Part shown: piece by piece, positions 35,119-40,797 of the stretch
How the letters are laid out: each line of letters opens with the position of its first letter
Position numbering within the stretch: position 1 is the stretch's first letter
Source of the DNA: Deltaproteobacteria bacterium
GTDB taxonomy: Bacteria; Desulfobacterota; Deferrimicrobia; J040
DNA: 40,797 nucleotides
Assembly (NCBI GenBank): GCA_003696505.1
Contig: RFHC01000076.1
Coordinates: forward strand, 1-40,797
Reading direction: 5' to 3'
Notes under the pieces: generated by a model
Told to the model about the DNA's origin: nothing
The model's input: the letters and a program-made list of their open reading frames with translations, nothing else
Databases searched by the model: none
Made by a program: the position numbers and the translations under genes

Positions 35119-36039
35119 TTATACGCCTCCTGCTGCGGCGCGGTCAAAATACTTCCTCCCCGTGGTCCCGAAGAAATACCCGTTGCAGAGTCCGTAACGG
35201 GCAAGGGACCTTAACTCTTCAAGACGGCTTTCCGACGGCACCCACCGTCCCGCCAGGAGAGCCTCGAGAGAATCCCTGTATATCTTCCCCACCCGATTCC
35301 TGTATTCGGGGGTCTCGTATCCCCCCTCTATTCTGAAAAAGGAAAAACCGCCCTCCACAACCCTGTCCAGGTGCTCGTAAAGGCAAAAGTCGAGACCCGA
35401 CGAGACCCCCTTCCCCACGTGGCGAATTACCCATTCCCCCCTCGTCAGCCAGGCGGGCTCGAGGCAGGCCTCGGGGCAGACCTCCTCCCCCTTCTCTTCG
35501 GTGAAGAAGCAGTCGGGGACGACCCCGAGAGGTATCTTTCCGTGGAGGACGACCGTCACGTCGACTCCTCCGTTCTCCCTGATATCCACGCACTCCTTGT
35601 AACTCACCTCGGGGTTGGGCCTGACCCGCACCACCCCCCAGGTGCTGAGGTAGCGCGCAGAAACGTCGGTGTACACGTTTGCGAAGGGGCCCGTGTGGGC
35701 GGGAATGGAGATGCCCCTCTCCTTCATGAGGGTGAGCACCCCCAGGTTGTTCACCTCGACGCCGTCCACTTTCGCCCGGACAGCAAGGTCGAGAGCCTTT
35801 TCGACGACGGGGATCTCCTTCATCCGGGGGGCAGCAGGGGTGGTCAGGTAAATTTTCTTCCCCTCGCCCCTGAGAATCTCCACCGCCGCAAAGAGGTCCG
35901 ATTCTTCCGTCATGAGGTTCCCCCTGTAGAGGTGGCAGAGGGGATTCCCCAGGTAAAAGGCGTCGTAGAGCGACCTGTCCGTCTGCTGGAGGTCCTCCAG
36001 GGAAAAGAGGTCGGTTGAAAGCTCAAATTCTCTCGACAT
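35119..36039 (-). CDS. U32-family protein, UbiV-like
   Basis: It has four Cys at about positions 36, 178, 189 and 193 (NPLCH...PDCFF...VCPEAC) and a TIM-barrel-like U32 core (KIYLTTP...GVEVNNLG). ATG 36039 is preceded by GGAGGT. The track start is a TTG one codon earlier. Confidence 0.7.
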   Translation of the reverse strand: MSREFELSTDLFSLEDLQQTDRSLYDAFYLGNPLCHLYRGNLMTEESDLFAAVEILRGEGKKIYLTTPAAPRMKEIPVVEKALDLAVRAKVDGVEVNNLGVLTLMKERGISIPAHTGPFANVYTDVSARYLSTWGVVRVRPNPEVSYKECVDIRENGGVDVTVVLHGKIPLGVVPDCFFTEEKGEEVCPEACLEPAWLTRGEWVIRHVGKGVSSGLDFCLYEHLDRVVEGGFSFFRIEGGYETPEYRNRVGKIYRDSLEALLAGRWVPSESRLEELRSLARYGLCNGYFFGTTGRKYFDRAAAGGV

Positions 36040-36079
36040 CAAGGACTACCTCCGGAATTCTCCCGTCAGGAGGGTGGAT

Positions 36080-36085
36080 ATTATA
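36080..36085 (-). promoter_or_regulatory. possible -10 box (TATAAT) ahead of the U32 pair
   Basis: The minus strand reads ttttttgtaTATAATatccaccc, about 40 nt upstream of ATG 36039, in the only AT-rich gap of this gene block. Confidence 0.3.
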
Positions 36086-36110
36086 TACAAAAAATTCCCT
36101 CCCGGGAAAA

Positions 36111-38249
36111 TCACGCCTCCTGCGTTACGACCCGAAACTCCACTTCCAGCTGTTTTTTCTCCTCCGGGAGCGGGAGGAGGAAGTCCACCTCCGAGCCCTG
36201 GTAAACCTTTTCGAGTCCCGATTCAGAGAGGGAGACGGTGTGAACTGGCTTCACCACAGCATCGACGGGAAGGGAAGGTTCGATGACGAAGGTGAATCCC
36301 TGCCACCCGTCCCTCACTCCCAGGCCCTCGATTCCAGAGAGAATTTTCTCTTCTTCGAGGAAAAAACCCTCCGCGTCCACCGGGTAGGCGACGAAAACCC
36401 TCTTCTCGTCACGGGGAGAGAGGAAGTTGAGGTGCCACCGGTTGACGTAGACCAGGGGTTTCTCTCCCGGGCCCAACCGGAGGACTCTCACTCGAAAGCG
36501 GGCTTCCTCCCTCTTCCCCTCCATAATGACCACCTTCTCAATCTCCAGCGTCTCGCCTCCCACGGTCACGGAGTAACTCATCCGGACGGCTCCCTTCTCG
36601 CCGCTCATCATGCAGGACGGGACGGGACATCTCCCCTCGTTGACGAAGAGGGGCTCTCTCCCTCTCCCCGTCAAATCGGCGGCCACGGTCCCCTCCTCGA
36701 AAAAGAGGTCACGGAAAGACCTGAGGACGAAACGGTCGAAGACGACGGCCGAGGGGTCCACTCCCTCCTTCACCTGAAGGGTGTCGTGGATGCTCACCGC
36801 CTCCCGCTCCGGATTCCCCCCTCCCGCTGAGAAGAGGCGGGAGTGGTACCCTTCTCTCCGCCTCGTGAGGACGTTCAGAGCGTTGAACCCCCGCTCCAGG
36901 AGAGAAAACTCGCTCACCGTCCCCCCGTCCGACGGGTGGAGGAGGAGGACAACCTTGCCCGACCGGATGATGACCTCTTCCTCACCGTCCCTGTTCAGGT
37001 CCCCTCTGAGTATTTCTATCCACTTCTCCTTCCCCTTCTTCAGAATGCGGGACGCCGTCTTCTCCGCCCGCAGGAGATTCCGGTAAAAGGCATCTCGCAG
37101 GTGAGGAAGGTAAAGACCGCCGAAAACGCCGTGCCAGAAGGGGTCGTTGGCCTGCGCCCTGTAGAGGGAATCCACCATGAGGTCCCTCTCTGCCTCCCCG
37201 GCTGAGGGAAGCGCCCGGTTCACCATTTCAGAGACGATGAGCATCCTCTTGTGCATCTGGTTCGATTCCTCGTACTTGCGAAAGAAGGCGCGGAAGTTCC
37301 CACCCGAGACCAAGTCCTTCATCTCCCCGAGCCTCCCCTCCCTCCTCTCTCTGAGAATCGTGCCGAACACCTCTGCCTTCTTCGGAGGAAGAGTCCACTC
37401 GCCCATTTCCGGATATGAGGCGGAAGGAAGGTAAATTCTCCCCCGCGGGGGAAACCTGTCGACGTAGCTGGCGAAGGTAGAGGTCCTCAGCCACTCCTTC
37501 TCCTCCACGATTTTGTCGAAGAACCTTTTCAGCCATCCCCCCTCGTAGACGTGAGAATACGTTCCGGGCCAAATCCCGAACTTCTCACCGTCGTCTGCGA
37601 AGACCGCTGCAGGGGCTTTCCTGCCGGGACGGCGGAGGGTCCTGAGATAATCGATCGTCTCCCCGGGGTCGCGGAAGGGTATCGTGTAGCGGAGGAGTTC
37701 GAGTCCGGGGAAAACCTTGACGACGTGCCCGTTGTATTCGGTGATGAAGTACCCGTCCAGTTCGTCTCCCGACGCTCCGGCGAGAAGAAAGTGGTAGTCG
37801 TCGAGGGGGAGATACTCGACACCCGCTTTCCGGAGGGTCAGGGGGAGAGAAGGCTCCCACACCCTTTCGGCGAGCCATATTCCCCTCGGTTTCCTCCCGA
37901 AGAGAGAGCGAATCTTTTCGGCCATTTTCTCCAGCTGCCCCACCCGGTCTCTCTCCGGGATAACGGGAAGGACGGGCTCGTACACTCCACCCCCGAGAAT
38001 CTCCACCTGTCCCCTTTCAACGAGGCGGTAGAGGAGAGCGGAGAACTCCTCTTTCTTCTTCAGGAGCCAGGTGAGGAGGTGCCCCGAGTAGTGGAGCGTC
38101 ACCTTGATTTCCGGGTATCCCGCCAGGACTCTGAGAAAAGGGATGTACGCCTTCTCCGCAGCCTCCTCCATGACTTCCTCGAAGTTGCCCACGGGCTGGT
38201 GGTTGTGAAAACAGAGGAGAAGATAGACCTTCCCGTCACCCTCGCCCAT
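36111..38249 (-). CDS. glycoside hydrolase family 57 enzyme (alpha-amylase / 4-alpha-glucanotransferase type, 712 aa)
   Basis: GH57 conserved regions: LCFHNHQPVGNF, GQVEILGG, WLAERVWEP (nucleophile Glu region) and FADDGEKFG (acid/base Asp region). A long C-terminal beta-rich extension follows. Confidence 0.85.
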   Translation of the reverse strand: MGEGDGKVYLLLCFHNHQPVGNFEEVMEEAAEKAYIPFLRVLAGYPEIKVTLHYSGHLLTWLLKKKEEFSALLYRLVERGQVEILGGGVYEPVLPVIPERDRVGQLEKMAEKIRSLFGRKPRGIWLAERVWEPSLPLTLRKAGVEYLPLDDYHFLLAGASGDELDGYFITEYNGHVVKVFPGLELLRYTIPFRDPGETIDYLRTLRRPGRKAPAAVFADDGEKFGIWPGTYSHVYEGGWLKRFFDKIVEEKEWLRTSTFASYVDRFPPRGRIYLPSASYPEMGEWTLPPKKAEVFGTILRERREGRLGEMKDLVSGGNFRAFFRKYEESNQMHKRMLIVSEMVNRALPSAGEAERDLMVDSLYRAQANDPFWHGVFGGLYLPHLRDAFYRNLLRAEKTASRILKKGKEKWIEILRGDLNRDGEEEVIIRSGKVVLLLHPSDGGTVSEFSLLERGFNALNVLTRRREGYHSRLFSAGGGNPEREAVSIHDTLQVKEGVDPSAVVFDRFVLRSFRDLFFEEGTVAADLTGRGREPLFVNEGRCPVPSCMMSGEKGAVRMSYSVTVGGETLEIEKVVIMEGKREEARFRVRVLRLGPGEKPLVYVNRWHLNFLSPRDEKRVFVAYPVDAEGFFLEEEKILSGIEGLGVRDGWQGFTFVIEPSLPVDAVVKPVHTVSLSESGLEKVYQGSEVDFLLPLPEEKKQLEVEFRVVTQEA

Positions 38250-38252
38250 GCC

Positions 38253-38666
38253 TCACTCCTCCTTTCCCCCTTCCTGGGCGTACTCGACGAGGACCCCGAA
38301 GGCTGAGCGGGGGTGGACGAAGGCCACCTTCGTCCCCTCCACCCCCTGCCGGGGCTCTTCGTCAATCATCCTTCCCCCCTTCTCCTTCGTCCTGCGAATC
38401 GCCTCCTCGATGTCTCCCACGGCGAAGCAGATGTGGTGAATCCCCTCTCCCCTCTTCTCGATGAAACGGCCGATGGGGCCGTCCGGCGAGGTAGAGGCCA
38501 GAAGCTCTATCTTCGTCTCTCCCACCCGGAATATGGCCGTCTTCACCTTCTGGTCCGGCACCTCTTCGTATCCGGCAAACTGGAGTCCCAGGACGTCCCG
38601 GTAGAAGGATACGGCCTTCTCCAGGTCGGCCACGGCGATTCCGATGTGCTGGATTTTCTCAATCAT
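38253..38666 (-). CDS. mce: methylmalonyl-CoA epimerase (VOC/glyoxalase fold)
   Basis: Motifs seen: IQHIGIAVADLEKAVSFYRDVLG, GEGIHHICFAV and VAFVHP. 137 aa, with GGAGGG as SD. Confidence 0.85.
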   Translation of the reverse strand: MIEKIQHIGIAVADLEKAVSFYRDVLGLQFAGYEEVPDQKVKTAIFRVGETKIELLASTSPDGPIGRFIEKRGEGIHHICFAVGDIEEAIRRTKEKGGRMIDEEPRQGVEGTKVAFVHPRSAFGVLVEYAQEGGKEE

Positions 38667-40080
38667 GGTGCTTTCCCTCCTTATCTCTCAATAATCTCAG
38701 GGTTTCCCATTGAATTCCACCGAAATCTCCGTTGGACATGAAGAGGACAAGGTCTCCCTCCCTCAGGTACTCCGCCAGGAAGGGAGGAATCTCCTCTCTC
38801 GCGGAAAAGGAGAACGCCTCCTTTCCCCCCATCTTAATCGCTCCGGCAACCCGGGAAGGGTCGAACCTCTCCTCCTCGGGAATCCTCTCTGCCCTGTAGG
38901 GAGGAGCGACGACGGCCGCATCCGCTTCGCCGAGAGCCCGGACGAACTCTTTCTCGAAAATCCTCCGCCTGGAGGTGTTCGAGCGAGGCTCGAAAACGGC
39001 CACGAGACGGCGAGGAGAGTAAAATTCCCTCACCGCACGTATCGTTTCCGCCACGGCCGTCGGATGGTGGGCAAAATCGTCGACCACGATGACCCCTCCG
39101 GCCTCTCCGAGGAGCATCTGCCTCCTCGCCACTCCCCGGAATCGGGAGAGCGACGGGAGAGTCTCTTCCAGAGGGACGCCCGCCGTTTCGAGGACGAGGC
39201 AGGCGGAGAAGGCGTTTATCAGGTTGTGAACGCCCGGGACCCGGAGCGACACCTCCCACTCCCTCCCCCCGTAGAGGAAGCTCCCTTTCACGAATCCCCT
39301 TCCCGTCTCACAGCCGACGAGGACGGCGTCGGAATCGCCCCGGCGGGAGATGGTCACGACCCGGCAGGGAGCCCCGCTGACGACTTCCCTGACGAGGGGG
39401 AAATCGACGCAGGCGACGACCGTCCCCTCCTGAGGCATGTGCCGAACCAGCTCCCGGAAAGCCGACTCCACCTCCCCCACGTCCCTGTAGATGTCGGCGT
39501 GGTCAAACTCGACGCTCGTGATGAGGAGGTGATGGGGGCGGTAGTGAAAGAATTTCGGTCGTTTGTCGAAGTAGGCGCTGTCGTACTCGTCCCCCTCGAC
39601 AACGAAAAACTCCCCCGACCCGAGGCGGGAAGGGCCTCCCAGGTCCTCAGCTATTCCCCCGACGAAGTGGGAGGGGTCGCGCCCCGACTCCCGGAGAGCG
39701 AAGGCCGCCATGGATGCCGTCGTCGTCTTCCCGTGGGTGCCGGCCACGACGACCCTCCTTTTCCCCTTCAGGAAGCAGGAGTAGAGGGCAGAGGGGAGGG
39801 ACTCCGCTGACACTCCCATCTCACGGAGCCGGACGGCTTCCGGATTATCGCGGGTCACGGCGTTTCCGACGACGTAAAGGTCCCAGCCCCGGGGCACGGA
39901 TTCCCCGTCGTAGGGAGTGCTCACCCTGATTCCCAGGTCCCTCAGGTAATCAGAAACGGGAGGGTAGAGCGCCCCGTCAGACCCTGCCACCTCCCATCCC
40001 GCCTGGACGAAAAGACCTGCCAGCGCGGACATTCCCACGCCCCCCACCGCCACCATGTAGACCCGCTTTCTCTCAGCCAC
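38659..40080 (-). CDS. mpl: UDP-N-acetylmuramate:L-alanyl-gamma-D-glutamyl-meso-DAP ligase (Mpl; MurC-related)
   Basis: Motifs seen: VAVGGVGMSALAG, VVGNAVTRDNPE (Mpl-type) and AGTHGKTTT (P-loop). GTG start with GGGAGGTG upstream. It overlaps both neighbouring genes by 8 nt. Confidence 0.8.
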   Translation of the reverse strand: MAERKRVYMVAVGGVGMSALAGLFVQAGWEVAGSDGALYPPVSDYLRDLGIRVSTPYDGESVPRGWDLYVVGNAVTRDNPEAVRLREMGVSAESLPSALYSCFLKGKRRVVVAGTHGKTTTASMAAFALRESGRDPSHFVGGIAEDLGGPSRLGSGEFFVVEGDEYDSAYFDKRPKFFHYRPHHLLITSVEFDHADIYRDVGEVESAFRELVRHMPQEGTVVACVDFPLVREVVSGAPCRVVTISRRGDSDAVLVGCETGRGFVKGSFLYGGREWEVSLRVPGVHNLINAFSACLVLETAGVPLEETLPSLSRFRGVARRQMLLGEAGGVIVVDDFAHHPTAVAETIRAVREFYSPRRLVAVFEPRSNTSRRRIFEKEFVRALGEADAAVVAPPYRAERIPEEERFDPSRVAGAIKMGGKEAFSFSAREEIPPFLAEYLREGDLVLFMSNGDFGGIQWETLRLLRDKEGKHHD

Positions 40081-40797
40081 CTGCCACCTCCCACGCAGCC
40101 GTGTGAACCCTCCGCCTGACCTGATTGAACTCTTCCCTGTCCCCTCCGCACGCGACGTGGTCCGTCAGAAAGACGACCCCCCTTCCCCTCCCGAAATCTA
40201 TCCAGATGGATGTCCCCGTCCATCCCAGGTGGCCCGCCGTGAGAGGAGAGCACCCCCGTCCCGCCAGCGAATTCTCCCCCTCGGGCCGGTCAAAGCCGAG
40301 AAACCTCTTCCTCCCCCGACGGTCCTTCACCTCCTGGAGGAGGTAGGTAACGAGGCCCTCCCTGTTTTCCTCCACCTCCTCCCGCCACTTCCTCAAAAGG
40401 TACGTGCCCAGCGCGGTCAGGTCAGAGGCGGTGGAAAAGATTCCCGCGTGCCCCGCCACGCCCCCGAGGGCGTAGCAGTTCAGGTCGTCGGGCTCTCCCA
40501 CCTTCTCCCTCCTCCTGACATGACAGAAACCGGTGCCCACGATTCTCGCCGAGTCGCAGTGGGGGACCTCATCGAGGGGGGTGAATCCCGTATCCATGAG
40601 GCGGAGCGGTTCCGTAATTTTCTTCCTCAACAGCTCCTTCAGGCTCTTTCCCGTTCCTCTCTCAAGGAGGAAACCGAGGAGAATGTAACCCGCGTCGCTG
40701 TAGCGTATCTCCTCCCCTGGAGGCGACTCGAGAGGAAGGGTGAGGAGCCTCTCGAGAATGGTTTCCCTCCTCTTCTCCGCCGGGGAGACGGTGAACC
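40073..40797 (-). CDS. beta-lactamase-related serine hydrolase (class C/PBP4*-like family), C-terminal part; 5' end lies outside the window
   Basis: The frame stays open to the window edge. It reads ...YSDAGYILLGFLLERGTGKSL... (the YxN-region analogue) and HLGWTGTSIWID (KTG-box analogue). The track M at 40630 is an internal TTG. Confidence 0.8.
   Translation of the reverse strand, partial: FTVSPAEKRRETILERLLTLPLESPPGEEIRYSDAGYILLGFLLERGTGKSLKELLRKKITEPLRLMDTGFTPLDEVPHCDSARIVGTGFCHVRRREKVGEPDDLNCYALGGVAGHAGIFSTASDLTALGTYLLRKWREEVEENREGLVTYLLQEVKDRRGRKRFLGFDRPEGENSLAGRGCSPLTAGHLGWTGTSIWIDFGRGRGVVFLTDHVACGGDREEFNQVRRRVHTAAWEVAGG

Noticed and set aside
1-40797. CRISPR arrays, tRNA/rRNA genes, IS elements, integrases and phage or known defence-system signatures
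   Set aside because: No regularly spaced direct repeats were seen. No intergenic region is longer than about 190 nt, so there is no room for structured RNA genes. No transposase, integrase or recombinase motif appears in any frame.

Overview
This window is a densely coding chromosomal segment with about 43 protein genes. I recognised no rRNA, tRNA, CRISPR array, IS or phage element. The DNA is GC-rich and the sense strands are strongly purine-loaded (GAG/GAA/AAG/AGG codons). The proteins have thermophile-like composition. The host looks like a diderm bacterium, because the window encodes MurJ, Mpl and a C-terminal-Phe beta-barrel OMP. Most genes sit in three long co-directional blocks with many overlapping stop/start junctions (TGATG, ATGA, GTGA).

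Recognisable content:
- an aminotransferase tail followed by hisC
- a Zn-ribbon/DUF1848/UvrD-like helicase operon
- an Aquifex-type aconitase
- a ClC channel with CBS domains, a GNAT, murJ and a crotonase
- a DUF116-like/DUF1992/DUF1858 trio
- a PaaI thioesterase, an EF-G paralogue, a 792-aa U32 protein and an FdhE-like protein in one operon
- a small OMP and two ferritin-like di-iron proteins
- a CaCA exchanger and a frameshifted M20 peptidase
- mglBA
- a COG1237-type MBL protein, an aldehyde dehydrogenase, an NhaD-like permease, a tandem USP and DoxX
- a Liv-type ABC importer whose ATPase genes lie on the opposite strand behind a UbiV/UbiU-like U32 pair
- GH57, methylmalonyl-CoA epimerase, mpl and a serine-hydrolase fragment

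Three ORFs are missed by the six-frame track:
- a glutaredoxin-like gene with an in-frame TGA at the active-site position (probable selenoprotein, with a candidate SECIS hairpin)
- a 56-aa zinc-ribbon protein
- a 53-aa RHH protein

The many long extra ORFs in the track are antisense or alternate-frame shadows caused by the biased codon usage. All functional calls come from motif recognition by eye. No database search was run.
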